Of a stretch of 64,000 nucleotides of DNA, positions 8,991 through 18,718 are shown one piece after another (within the stretch, counting starts at the first letter, position 1; every line of letters begins with the position of its first letter). A program made the translations under genes and the position numbers. The DNA is from Spirochaetia bacterium. GTDB lineage: Bacteria > Spirochaetota > Spirochaetia > SZUA-6 > Bin103. The DNA is taken from assembly GCA_965208575.1 (NCBI GenBank), contig CBDBOV010000004.1, positions 576,001-640,000 of the forward strand, read 5' to 3'. Under the pieces are notes generated by a model that was not told where the DNA came from, searched no databases, and worked only from the letters and a program-made list of their open reading frames with translations.

Positions 8991-9968
8991 TCAGCGTACC
9001 GTCCCGACGTTGCTCTGCGACCCGTAAATGCCTTCCACGCCGAACAGCTTGCAGGCGTTGTTGGCCGCGATCAGCAGGCCCAGCCCCACCACCGACTTGA
9101 TGATGCTGGCCGCCGACAGCAGCCCGAACTTCGGGTTCTGCTGCAGGTTCCTGACGATGTAGGTGTCCAGGATGTCGGCGGTTTCGTATACCACCGGGTT
9201 GTACAGGTTGAATATCTGGTCGAAGCCGATCGCCAGGATGTTGCCGAGAAAGAGGATCGCCATGATCGCCACCGTGTTGGAGATGCTCGGCAGCGTGATG
9301 TACCACGCCATCTGGCGCCGCTTGGCGCCCTCCACCTGCGCGCACTCGTACAGCGCCGGGTCGATGCCGGCGATCGCCGCCAGGTAGATGATCGAGGTCC
9401 AGCCGGTCTCCTTCCACAGCTCGGTGGAGATCAGCACCCAGCGGAAGTAGCGGTTGTCGATCAGGAAGCCCACCTGCTCGAAGCCGAGCGCCTGCAACAG
9501 CACGTTGACCGCGCCGGTGTCCCTGACCAGCAGGGTGTTGATGATGCCGGCGAGCGCCACCCAGGAGACGAAGTGCGGCAGGTAGGTCACGGTCTGCACC
9601 ACCCGCTTGTAGCCGGAATGGAACACCTCGTTGAGCAGCAGCGCGAACAGCACCGGCGCCGGCACTCCGAAGATGAAGCGCAGCACGTTGATCACGATGG
9701 TGTTGCGGAACGCGAGCTGGAAGTTCTTGTCGGTAAACAGGCGAACGAAGTTGTCGAAACCCACGAACGGGCTGGCGAAGCCGCGCGAGAAGCGGAAGTC
9801 CTGGAACGCCAGCACGATGCCGTACATCGGCGCGTACTGGAACACGAGGTACCAGGCCAGCACCGGCACCATCATCAGGTACAGGTAGCGCTTCTTGATC
9901 AGTAACTTGATGAACCGCTGGCGCGGAGACGCTACCGCGATGGCGGCGGCCTCGACCCGGTTGGCCAT
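8991..9968 (-). CDS. Carbohydrate ABC transporter permease (LplB-like)
   Basis: YLPHFVSWV, LYECAQVEGA EAA motif. Confidence 0.92.
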   Translation of the reverse strand: MANRVEAAAIAVASPRQRFIKLLIKKRYLYLMMVPVLAWYLVFQYAPMYGIVLAFQDFRFSRGFASPFVGFDNFVRLFTDKNFQLAFRNTIVINVLRFIFGVPAPVLFALLLNEVFHSGYKRVVQTVTYLPHFVSWVALAGIINTLLVRDTGAVNVLLQALGFEQVGFLIDNRYFRWVLISTELWKETGWTSIIYLAAIAGIDPALYECAQVEGAKRRQMAWYITLPSISNTVAIMAILFLGNILAIGFDQIFNLYNPVVYETADILDTYIVRNLQQNPKFGLLSAASIIKSVVGLGLLIAANNACKLFGVEGIYGSQSNVGTVR

Positions 9969-9975
9969 GGCGCGA

Positions 9976-10005
9976 ATCGTACGGTTGGGCTACAACATGC
10001 GTCAA
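9976..10005 (-). promoter_or_regulatory. Sigma70-type promoter of the ABC operon, probably leaderless
   Basis: TTGACG-N18-TACGAT then 7 nt to ATG 9968, no SD. Confidence 0.6.
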
Positions 10006-10046
10006 GCAACAGCGTCGGCGCGCCCGCGCGGTGCATCGGGAGGGGG

Positions 10047-10919
10047 GTGACCATGAACGTGCTGATAACCGGAGGCAGCGGCCGGCTCGCGGGCTACGTG
10101 GCGCGGGAGCTTGCCGAACACCGTCTGGTGCTGACCGACGTCCGGCCGCCGCCCGGCGACCGCGCCCACCTGCCGTTCGTGACCGCCGACCTGACCGAGT
10201 TCGCCGACTGCCGCCGCGTGATCGCCGCGAGCGAGCCGGAGGTGATCGTGGCGCTCGGAGCCATTCCGTACGCCACCGACAAGGCCGGACGCGACGGCGG
10301 CGGACCGCCGTTCGACACTACCATGCGGGTCAACGTGCTCGGCCTCTACTACCTGCTGATGGCGGCGGCCGAGGCGGGCGTCAAGAAGGTGGTGCAGACC
10401 AGCTCGGTGGTCGCCATCAAGGGCGGCGCCACCACCTACCGCTACCTGCCGATTGACGACGACCACCCCGGCTGCGTGACCGAGTCCTACATCTTCTCCA
10501 AGATGGCGGGCGAAATGATGCTGCAGTGGTTCTGGCGTGCGCACGGCATCCACTCGGTGGCGTGCCGGCCGGCCTGGATCTGGACTCCGGAGCAGTTGCA
10601 GGAGCACGCCCGCACCATCGCGCCGACCACCGCGTGGGAGCCGGGGCTGTGGCACTGCGTGGACATCCGCGACGTGGCCCGCGCCCACCGCCTGCTGTTC
10701 GACGCCCTCGACCGGCTGCCGCCGGCCGCGTGCTTCTACGCCGGCGCGGCCGACCACCGCGCCCCGGAAGAGTCACGCGAACTGATCGAGCGCCTGCGTC
10801 CGGAGCTGGTCGGCGCCATCCCGATCGACCTCACCGGCCGGCAGGCGTTCGTCAGCTACGCCAAGGCCGAGGCCGCCGTCGGCTACCAGCCCCGCCACTC
10901 CTGGACCGACTGGCGCTGA
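10047..10919 (+). CDS. NAD-dependent epimerase/dehydratase (extended SDR)
   Basis: TGGSGRLA nucleotide-binding motif, YIFSK catalytic motif. Confidence 0.88.
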   Translation: MTMNVLITGGSGRLAGYVARELAEHRLVLTDVRPPPGDRAHLPFVTADLTEFADCRRVIAASEPEVIVALGAIPYATDKAGRDGGGPPFDTTMRVNVLGLYYLLMAAAEAGVKKVVQTSSVVAIKGGATTYRYLPIDDDHPGCVTESYIFSKMAGEMMLQWFWRAHGIHSVACRPAWIWTPEQLQEHARTIAPTTAWEPGLWHCVDIRDVARAHRLLFDALDRLPPAACFYAGAADHRAPEESRELIERLRPELVGAIPIDLTGRQAFVSYAKAEAAVGYQPRHSWTDWR

Positions 10920-11232
10920 CGCACGCGCGTCGAGCGGGTCCACCACCCGCGGTCGCCCACCTCGGCCCGCCGACGCGCCCTTGGTTCATTGACATCGCCC
11001 GGTTGATCGGCGGGCGTCGATCAGTAGGCAATGCTTGTGAAACAGGTTGCTACCACCGTAAGACGGGCGGATGTCAGTCGCTGCCCTGCTGTGCCGACCG
11101 TTCCGGCTGTCGAGGCTTGTCGAGGCTTGTCGATCAGCCCCACCTCCATATCAAGTTCACGCTTCGTTCTTTCGGTCGGCGGGTCCGGACGCCGAAAGCT
11201 GCGATCCGCGGCCGTGGCGCGAGCCATTCGTG

Positions 11233-11622
11233 TCAGGAACTTGTGCGTTCCTGGCGCGCTGCGATGTCGACCGTTCGCCGAGGGTCGATGACCAGGCGGA
11301 TGCCGCGGAGGACGTCGGTCACGTGCTCTCCGCCGAGCCGTCCGATGCGCTCGGTCAGTTCGCCCTTGTCGATGGTGAACAGTTGCGTCACGTTGACGAC
11401 ACTGTCGCGCGGCAGGTTGCCTTCACCCTTCGGTAGCAGCACGTTGCCCGGAGCTTCGGCACGGCTCAGGTTGGACGTCAGCGCGCACACTACAACGGTG
11501 GCCAGCCGGCTGTGGTTGAACAAGTCGTTCTGAATCACCACGAACGGTCGCCGCAACGCCGGCCGCGAACCGGACGACTGGCCCAGGTCCACCCAATACA
11601 GATCCCCCTGCCTGATCACCAC
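11233..11622 (-). CDS. mazF: PemK/MazF family toxin
   Basis: IRQGDLYWVDLG, RPFVVIQND, DSVVNVTQLFTIDK; GTG start overlaps the antitoxin stop. Confidence 0.9.
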   Translation of the reverse strand: MVIRQGDLYWVDLGQSSGSRPALRRPFVVIQNDLFNHSRLATVVVCALTSNLSRAEAPGNVLLPKGEGNLPRDSVVNVTQLFTIDKGELTERIGRLGGEHVTDVLRGIRLVIDPRRTVDIAARQERTSS

Positions 11623-11867
11623 CTGTCGGCGGACCGCCGTTGCAGAGGGCGGATTCCCAGCAGGGTGGCCGACTCTTCGTCGTCGGGAAAGTCGGCGTAA
11701 GCAGCGTTCAGACCCTCGAGGAGAACCCGATTCTCCGCCCTCGCCAGAAACTCCTCCAGCGCCAGCGCGTACAGGCGGCTGCGTGGCGTACCCCACCTGC
11801 GCGCCACCTCGTCCACGCGCTGCGCCAACGCCCGCTCAACCGAAACCGCAACCCGGATCTTCGCCAT
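11616..11867 (-). CDS. Ribbon-helix-helix antitoxin of the MazF-type pair
   Basis: 83 aa, KIRVAVSV..VDEVARRWGTPRSRLYALALEEFL; upstream TTGACG..CATACT and CATACT/AGTATG inverted operator-like pair. Confidence 0.8.
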   Translation of the reverse strand: MAKIRVAVSVERALAQRVDEVARRWGTPRSRLYALALEEFLARAENRVLLEGLNAAYADFPDDEESATLLGIRPLQRRSADRW

Positions 11868-11929
11868 TTCATACTGTCCTTCTGAAAAGAAGTATGACAC
11901 TTCCACCGCCGGCGTCAAGCCGACCGCCG

Positions 11930-12027
11930 GCTATGTCTCGCGGATCGAACGAGCAACACGCACCGGCTCCGTGGCGACACTTGCTGCCATCGCCAAGGCC
12001 CTGGACGTGGAACTCGACGACTTGATC
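11930..12027 (+). pseudogene. 3' shard of an HTH antitoxin homologous to 20436-20533
   Basis: Encodes YVSRIERATRTGSVATLAAIAKALDVELDDLI versus YLSQIERATRTGSVATLAAIAKALDVELDDLI. Confidence 0.85.
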
Positions 12028-12051
12028 AACGGCTGATCGACAAACCCGTGC

Positions 12052-13872
12052 CTACCAGCCCATCGCGTAGGCGATGTTGTTCCGGGCGGTGGCGGCACCG
12101 AGAATCAGGCCGCGGTCGGCGTGGCAGTGGATCGCCAGCGGCTTGCCGTTGCTCCAACCGTCGATCGGCCGGACATCGTGACCGCGCCGGCGCAGGCCCG
12201 CGAGCGTCTCCTCGGGGATGCGCGACTCGGCTTCCACCCGGCCCGGATAGGCGCTGCGCGGGTAGAACGACGAGGGAAAGTGCGTCGTGTGCACGGTGGG
12301 CGCGTCGAGCGACTGTTGCAGGTCCATGCCGAATTCCACGTAGTTCAGGAAGAACTGCAGCGTCCACTGGTCCTGGCCGTCGCCGCCGGGGGTGCCGAAC
12401 GCCAGGAACGGCGCACCGTCGCGGGTGACGATGGTGGGCGTCAGCGTCGCGCGCGGCCGCTTGCGCGGCTGCAGGGCATTCGGTCGGCGCGGATTGAGGT
12501 AGAACATCTGGCCGCGCGTGCCGAGCGGGAAGCCCAGCCCGGCGATCACCGGCGACGAGCCGATCCAGCCGCCGCTCGGGGTAGCCGCCACCATGTTGCC
12601 GTCGGCGTCCACCGCGTCGAGATGGGTGGTGTCGCCGCGATGCGTTGCATCCGCCGGCACGGCACGGCTACCGGCGCCTTCGGCCAGACTCCGATGCCCC
12701 GCCGCAAGTCCCAGGGCACGCCGATTGTCATCCAGCACGCTGCGAGCCGCGTAATCGGGCACACCCGTGCCGAGGTCGCCGGGCCGCGACTCATGGGAGG
12801 CGGCCGGCCCGATCTGGGCGGCACGCCGTTCGCCGTAGCCGGCGGACAGCAGCACGTCGAACGGGACCGTGTCGAAGCCGGGATCGCCGTAGTACGCTTC
12901 GCGGTCGGCGAACGCCAGCTTGGCGCACTCGATCCATGCGTGCAGGTAGTCGGCGGAGTTGTGGCCCAGCGCCTTGATGTCCAGGTGCTGCAGGATTGCG
13001 AGCTGCTGCAGGAACACCGGCCCCTGGGTCCACGACGAGCACTTGAACACGTCCATGCCGCGATAGTTCACCGTCACCGGCTCCTCCACCCCGGCGTGCC
13101 AGTCGGCGAAGTCCTCAAGCGAAAGGAGACCGGTGTGGGCGGCGCCGCTGGCATCCGTCACCGGGTGGTCGCCGATGAAGCGCACGATCCGCTCCGCGAT
13201 CTGGCCGCGGTAGAAGGCATCGCAGGCGGCCTCGATGCCGGCCACCCGGCCGCGGCCCTTGGCGCCCTCCTCGGCCCGGCACATGATGCGCAGCATGGCG
13301 CCGAAGTCGGGGTTGCGCAGCACCTCGCCCACCGCGGGCGCGCCGCCGCCGGCCAGGTAGACGGCGCCGGTGGTCGGATAGCGCTCGGTGTAGGTCCTCC
13401 GCTCCTGGTGCAGGTGGCGGCTCAGCGCCTCGTACACCGGGAAGCCCTGCTCGGCGAGCTCGATGGCGGGCTGCAGGATCTCGGCGAAGCTCATCGTCCC
13501 GAACCGGGCCAGCGCGGTGGCCCAGGTTCCCACCACCGCCGGCACGCACGCCGGCAGGTAGCCGTCGCCGGGAATGAGGTCGATGCCGCGCTCACGGCAC
13601 CAGTCGATGGTGAACGCCGCCGGCGACCAGCCCATGCCGGAGATGGCGTACGTCTTGCGCTCGCGAGCCGAGTAGATCAGCGTCGGCACCTCGCCACCGA
13701 TGCCGCACAGGTGCGGCTCCAGCAGCGTCAGGCAGACGCCCATCGCGGCGGCCGCGTCGATGGCGTTGCCGCCGGCGGTCATGATCCGCAGCCCCGCGGA
13801 CGCAGCCAGGTAGTGGCCGGCGGTCACCACGCCGCGGCGGCCCATGATTACCGGTCGTGTTCTGAATCCCAT
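12052..13872 (-). CDS. ggt: Gamma-glutamyltransferase family protein
   Basis: GGNAIDAAA, GDTTHLDAVDADGN (nucleophile Thr), TPGGDGQ; start MGFRTRP at 13872. Confidence 0.92.
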   Translation of the reverse strand: MGFRTRPVIMGRRGVVTAGHYLAASAGLRIMTAGGNAIDAAAAMGVCLTLLEPHLCGIGGEVPTLIYSARERKTYAISGMGWSPAAFTIDWCRERGIDLIPGDGYLPACVPAVVGTWATALARFGTMSFAEILQPAIELAEQGFPVYEALSRHLHQERRTYTERYPTTGAVYLAGGGAPAVGEVLRNPDFGAMLRIMCRAEEGAKGRGRVAGIEAACDAFYRGQIAERIVRFIGDHPVTDASGAAHTGLLSLEDFADWHAGVEEPVTVNYRGMDVFKCSSWTQGPVFLQQLAILQHLDIKALGHNSADYLHAWIECAKLAFADREAYYGDPGFDTVPFDVLLSAGYGERRAAQIGPAASHESRPGDLGTGVPDYAARSVLDDNRRALGLAAGHRSLAEGAGSRAVPADATHRGDTTHLDAVDADGNMVAATPSGGWIGSSPVIAGLGFPLGTRGQMFYLNPRRPNALQPRKRPRATLTPTIVTRDGAPFLAFGTPGGDGQDQWTLQFFLNYVEFGMDLQQSLDAPTVHTTHFPSSFYPRSAYPGRVEAESRIPEETLAGLRRRGHDVRPIDGWSNGKPLAIHCHADRGLILGAATARNNIAYAMGW

Positions 13873-13885
13873 TCGTGTGGCCCCG

Positions 13886-13914
13886 ATCCTACACCGATTC
13901 GGCGACCGCGTCGG
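13886..13914 (-). promoter_or_regulatory. Putative ggt promoter
   Basis: CCGACG-N17-TAGGAT, 13 nt before ATG. Confidence 0.45.
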
Positions 13915-14039
13915 CCCGCCGCGGCGGGTGGGTGCGAACGCCAGAAGCAGCAAAAGTCGCATGGCCGGGATCGACGACGGCTTGCAGGGGCGCACGGCGG
14001 GCGGCCAATCCCGAACGCGGCCACGGCGAGGAAGTCGCG

Positions 14040-16499
14040 CTACCTCCCCGGCTCCGCAGCCGGCGCCGGTCCGTAGCCGTGGCACATGCGGTGGTGGGCA
14101 AAGCACGATAAAACGAGGTTCTCCGGCTCCGGGCCGCCTCCCTCGGCAACCGGCAGCAGGTGGTGGATCTGTAGCAGGTGGGGGGAATTGCAGCGGCGCC
14201 CGGTGAGCGGATCCCGAAAGCGGCAGCGTCCCCCGTCGCGCAGCCAGACGTGACGCCGGACCGCCGCCGGAATGGGGCGCCGCACCGGCGACCGGCGGGG
14301 GCCGCGCCTCGCACCGCGGGTGAACTGCGGCGATGCTCCCGTCGGCGCACCGCCGGCTCCACATGCCGGCGACACGCCGCCTGCCAACTCCGGCGCCGGA
14401 GGAGCGCCGGGTGAGACCGGCTCCGGGTCGGTACCGGCCGCCGCGGCGCCGCTGGTGGACTGCGGCGGCGAAGAAGTGGCCGGCGGGGACGGCGCGGCGT
14501 CGTAGCCGGCCGCTGGGCCGCTCCTGGCGAACTTCGGCGCCGCAGCCGCTTCCGGCGCGCCCGACGGCCCGGCCCGGCGGGCGGAATCTGCCGGCGCGGT
14601 GGTGGGCACGGCCAAGCGCGGAGCAGCGGACGCGGGCCCCCTTGCGGCCGTGCACGGCACTCGGAAGCCGGTGCTCCGACCCTCCGGCGCCACGGCAGCG
14701 GCAGGCGTGGCCGAAGCCGGCTCAGGCGCCGATCCTGTCGGGTGGGACTCGACAACCGGCGCCACCGTAGCGGCGGGCGCGGCCGAAGCAGCGCGACGGG
14801 AGTAGGTGCCGGGCACCACTGCACCGGCTGCCATCGCGGCTGGTGGTGCAGTGGGTGCCGCGCTACGCACCGGGGCAGCGTTGGGCGATATCGCGGCCCG
14901 GGGCTGCTCTCTGACGGCGACGGTCTCTCCCTGCGGCGCCGGCGCATCGCCGCTCCCACCCCCAGCCGGTGCGGGCGCCGGAGCGTCGGGTGTCGTGGTC
15001 CCCTCCGGCCGCGACGATGCTGGCGTGCCGCCCGCACGCCTCCGCCGGCGCCCGCCGCCGCCGGGATCGTGCCGCGCCAGCGCCTCGCACACCAGGCGCG
15101 CCACCAGGTCGCCCCACGACATGCGCGGGTCCACGTGCGACAGCAGGTTCTTCAGTTGGCGCAGTCCCTGCTCGCACTCCTGGTCGATGCTCACCTTCAA
15201 GGTGAAGCGGTCCGGCGCCGCGGCGCGCAGCGTGTCGCGCGGCGGCACCACCTCGGGAGCCGCGCTCGCCAGCAGGCCGGCGACCTGGCGGGTGGTCATG
15301 CCGGCGGCCTGCTCGATCAGCTCGCGCTGGCGCCGCGGGTGCAGCAACGGGGCGGCGGACACCGGGCCGGCAGACCGCCGGCTCATCGGATCACCCCGGG
15401 ACGGCTCCGGTGCGGGCGCCGCCGTGGGCCGCGGCTCCGATGGGGCCACGACCGGCAACGGTCCCGGCGCCGCGCGACTCGCGGGCGGCAGAAGCGGAGC
15501 AGCAAGGAGCTGGTCCGAGGAAGGTGCGGCAGGACCGGGAGCGCGCGGGGATGCGGGAGCGTGCGAGGCGGCACCGCCCGACTCCAGCAGCGCCGGCAGC
15601 GCATCGGCATGCCCGCCGCCGCGGTGCTGCGCGGCGGCGTGGCTCGCGCCCGGCACTACCGGCGTGTCTGCCGGCCCATCGCCCGCGCGGCCGGTACGCA
15701 GCGCATGCCCCGGCGCCGCCCGCGGTGGCGCGTACACGGTTGCGGTAGTCGAATCCGGGACACCGACCGGCTGCGAACCTGCCGCTCCCGGACGGGCATC
15801 GACTGTCGCCGATTCGTCGGAAAGTCGTCTGCCACGGTCGCTCCCGGTATGCCGGTCTTCACGCTCTCGGGAGTCACGCGGCGACTGCGCCGCCAATTCG
15901 TCCGACGATCGTGTGCCGCGGTCGCTTCCGGTGCGCCGGTCTTCGTGGCCTTCGATGTCACGGCGCCACCGCGCCTCCTGGTCGCCGGCGGCCACGCCGT
16001 GCGCGGCGGGCGCAGTCATCGCCGCGGCATTGGCCGCTCCCGCTCCCGCTCCGCACGCATCGGCTTCCCGGGCACCCGCTGCACTTGGCGTCGCAGGCAG
16101 GCCAGGCAGATCGTGGCAGCACTCCTGACCGGCGTTCGCGCTCGCTCTCCGGGATTGGCGCTCGGCGGCGGCAAAGGCGGTCTCCAACTGCGCCGCCGCG
16201 GTCAGGGTCAACTCACCGTTGTGCAGCTTGGCCCGTACCCAGCCGTGGCGCCGGCACAGCCGCATGGTCTGGATACGGCGTTGCGCCGCCGCATCGGTGA
16301 AGCGCAACTCCCGCACCGCGTAGTCGAACAGGCTCGAGAACCCGCGCCGCAGCGCCAGGCCGCGCCGGTCGATCTCGTCGAGGTGGTCCAGGATGTGCAC
16401 TTCGAGGCCCCGCTGATTGGCCGCGAGGCGCCTGGTCTGGTCGAGGAGCTGCTGATCGCCGAGCGTGCTGAAGGGTCGTGTGCCGGTGCCGCTTGTCAT
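14040..16499 (-). CDS. HNH endonuclease with DUF222-like helical N-terminus and long low-complexity inserts
   Basis: N-term LDHLDEIDRRGLALRRGFSSLFDYAVRELRF; C-term IPAAVRRHVWLRDGGRC..C..LQIHHLLP..GG..NL..C..HH..H; TATACT 6 nt before ATG. Confidence 0.85.
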   Translation of the reverse strand: MTSGTGTRPFSTLGDQQLLDQTRRLAANQRGLEVHILDHLDEIDRRGLALRRGFSSLFDYAVRELRFTDAAAQRRIQTMRLCRRHGWVRAKLHNGELTLTAAAQLETAFAAAERQSRRASANAGQECCHDLPGLPATPSAAGAREADACGAGAGAANAAAMTAPAAHGVAAGDQEARWRRDIEGHEDRRTGSDRGTRSSDELAAQSPRDSREREDRHTGSDRGRRLSDESATVDARPGAAGSQPVGVPDSTTATVYAPPRAAPGHALRTGRAGDGPADTPVVPGASHAAAQHRGGGHADALPALLESGGAASHAPASPRAPGPAAPSSDQLLAAPLLPPASRAAPGPLPVVAPSEPRPTAAPAPEPSRGDPMSRRSAGPVSAAPLLHPRRQRELIEQAAGMTTRQVAGLLASAAPEVVPPRDTLRAAAPDRFTLKVSIDQECEQGLRQLKNLLSHVDPRMSWGDLVARLVCEALARHDPGGGGRRRRRAGGTPASSRPEGTTTPDAPAPAPAGGGSGDAPAPQGETVAVREQPRAAISPNAAPVRSAAPTAPPAAMAAGAVVPGTYSRRAASAAPAATVAPVVESHPTGSAPEPASATPAAAVAPEGRSTGFRVPCTAARGPASAAPRLAVPTTAPADSARRAGPSGAPEAAAAPKFARSGPAAGYDAAPSPPATSSPPQSTSGAAAAGTDPEPVSPGAPPAPELAGGVSPACGAGGAPTGASPQFTRGARRGPRRSPVRRPIPAAVRRHVWLRDGGRCRFRDPLTGRRCNSPHLLQIHHLLPVAEGGGPEPENLVLSCFAHHRMCHGYGPAPAAEPGR

Positions 16500-16822
16500 A
16501 CTGTAAGTATACTACTGGCCTTTAGATAGCACGTTTACTTCGGGTCTCAGACCCGGTGCCGGCAGCGCCTGTGGGGCGCGAAATGGCGCCTGCAGGGGCA
16601 CGCGGTCAGGCACTTGGCGGTTGCGGACCATTGCCGGGCTTCCAGGCGCACCAGGGGCCTTCAGCGGCAGCGAAAACTGCGTCAACCCCTGTCGGCGATT
16701 TCTGCAAGATTTTTCGGCGCAGGCGGCTTGCCGAGCCGGCCATGGTGTAGGCTTCCGCGATCCGCGCGAGTGTCGCGGGTCGCTGCATCGACAGTCGACA
16801 TCAATCAACAAGGAGCCCGACG

Positions 16823-17869
16823 ATGCCCACGATCCGAGACGACGCGAGAATCGACCCGCGCATCAGGAAAGTCTTCGGCGCCTTCCCCGCGCCGGTGAAT
16901 CCGGGCGATGCGACCAGCCGGGAGCAGCTTGTCGAGGAGGCCGGCTCCGAGGAAGCCGCCGCGATGCGCCGGCGGTGGGATGCATTCCTGGAGCGGAACG
17001 ACACGGAGGGAATCGCGCCCTCGGCGGGGCTGGCCATCACCACTCGGACGCTCGCCTCGGAGCCCGACGGCAACATGATCAACATCCGGCTCATCCGGCC
17101 CGACGGCAACGAGGCGGTGCCGTGCGTGTATTACATTCACGGCGGCGGGATGCAGTCGGGGTCCTTTCTGCAGGGCAACTACCGCGCCTGGGGCAAGATC
17201 ATCGCCGCCCGCGGCGTGGCGGTCGCCATGGTGGACTTCCGCAACGCGCTGACGCCGTCCTCGGTGCCCGAGATCGAGCCGTTTCCCGCCGGTCTCAACG
17301 ACTGCATCTCGGGCTTGAAGTGGGTCGCCGGGAACGCCGCCGGACTCGGCATCGATGCGTCCCGCCTCATTGTCGCCGGGGACAGCGGCGGCGGGAACCT
17401 GACCCTCGCCACGGGTCTCAAGCTGTTGCGCGACGGCGACATCGGGCTGGTCCAGGGCCTCTATGCGCTGTGCCCGTACATCGCCGGCAGGTGGCCGCTC
17501 GCCAAGCACCCGTCGTCGACCGAGAACAACGGCATCCTGCTGGAACTGCACAACAACCGCGGCACGATGGCCTACGGCATCAAGCAGTTGGAAGCCGGCA
17601 ACCCGCTGGCCTGGCCCGGATTCGCGGCCATCAAGGACGTGCGGGGCCTGCCGGCGACCGTCATCAGCGTGAACGAGTGCGATCCGCTGCGCGACGAGGG
17701 CATCGAATTCTATCGGCTGCTGCTCGCCGCGGGTGTCCCGGCACAGTGCCGGCAAGTCATGGGGACGATCCACGCCACGGAGATCTTTCCGATCGCCGCG
17801 CCCGAGGTGAGCCGGGAGACCGCGCGCAGCATCGCCGACTTCTGCCGCGGCACCACGCGCAGGGAATAG
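16823..17869 (+). CDS. Alpha/beta hydrolase, HSL-family esterase/lipase
   Basis: HGGG oxyanion motif, GDSGG nucleophile, DPLRDEG, His in GTIH; AAGGAG RBS. Confidence 0.92.
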   Translation: MPTIRDDARIDPRIRKVFGAFPAPVNPGDATSREQLVEEAGSEEAAAMRRRWDAFLERNDTEGIAPSAGLAITTRTLASEPDGNMINIRLIRPDGNEAVPCVYYIHGGGMQSGSFLQGNYRAWGKIIAARGVAVAMVDFRNALTPSSVPEIEPFPAGLNDCISGLKWVAGNAAGLGIDASRLIVAGDSGGGNLTLATGLKLLRDGDIGLVQGLYALCPYIAGRWPLAKHPSSTENNGILLELHNNRGTMAYGIKQLEAGNPLAWPGFAAIKDVRGLPATVISVNECDPLRDEGIEFYRLLLAAGVPAQCRQVMGTIHATEIFPIAAPEVSRETARSIADFCRGTTRRE

Positions 17870-18022
17870 CGCCGGTACACGCGCTGATTGGTGACGGCGC
17901 GCGGCGGATAGGTCGATGCATGGTCCGAAAGTGCCAGCCGACGGACGATGCCAGTGCATCGATTTTCATCGTCTTCCATGTCACGGAGTGACCGTACAGA
18001 CTCATGCCAATCCGAGTCGTAT
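17870..18022 (-). pseudogene. Shards of a third copy of the secreted Cys-rich protein gene
   Basis: Encodes HASTYPPRAVTNQRVYR and YDSDWH, matching QASTYPPRAVTNQRAYR and DDSEWH of 18863-19798. Confidence 0.75.
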
Positions 18023-18076
18023 GAGGTGGCCGACCGTGGAGGCACATCATTCCGGTGAATCTGGCACCGTGGGCGA

Positions 18077-18481
18077 CTAAGCAGGCGCCATGACCGTTAG
18101 TTCGCTGAAGTAGTCGCGCAGGTAACCACGATCGCGGGCCAACAGACGGTCGGCGCAGATCTGAGCATGCGCGCCTATGAGAAAGTCCGGCACGACCCGC
18201 CCGGCGGTTCCTCCGCGCTCCAGATACCGCGCAAAGTGCTGTCCAGCCAACGCCGCGCTGGCCGCATTGCCAGGCACGAACTCGATGCCGAGATCTTGCA
18301 GCATCTCCGTCAGCTCCGTGTTCGACTGCAGCGCGGGTCTGGTTTCCGCCACTACGCATTCGCACACGATGAGGCGCCCCTCCTGACGGGCGCGCCGCAA
18401 GGCGTCAACCGAAGCACTGGCGTGCAACGCATCGTCGGTAATCACATCCAGCACGACCGAGGTATCTACCGCCGTAGTCAC
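18077..18481 (-). CDS. vapC: PIN-domain VapC toxin
   Basis: AVDTSVVLD, VVAE, PDFLIGAHA, LLARDRG. Confidence 0.88.
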   Translation of the reverse strand: MTTAVDTSVVLDVITDDALHASASVDALRRARQEGRLIVCECVVAETRPALQSNTELTEMLQDLGIEFVPGNAASAALAGQHFARYLERGGTAGRVVPDFLIGAHAQICADRLLARDRGYLRDYFSELTVMAPA

Positions 18482-18718
18482 TTACTTGCGAATACGCGCC
18501 AGGTACACGTCTACCGTCTCGCCGCGCGGTAACCGGCCGCGGCCGCGCCACTTGAGCAACGGGTCTTCGGCTTCCCGTTTCTGTGCGATCAGTTCTCCGC
18601 GCACTGCCGTGACCTCGAGCACGGTCCCGGGGCGGATGCCAAGCGTTTCTCTGAGTGCCTTGGGAATTGTGATCTGGCCCTTCTCCGAAACGGTAGTACG
18701 GTGACGCCTGCCAATCAT
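18482..18718 (-). CDS. AbrB/MazE-type antitoxin
   Basis: VSEKGQITIPKALRETLGIRPG; TACACT 6 nt before ATG. Confidence 0.88.
   Translation of the reverse strand: MIGRRHRTTVSEKGQITIPKALRETLGIRPGTVLEVTAVRGELIAQKREAEDPLLKWRGRGRLPRGETVDVYLARIRK

Noticed and set aside
13873-14655. 260-aa N-terminal extension of GGT
   Set aside because: It overlaps the HNH gene in another frame; GGT homology and a promoter start near 13872
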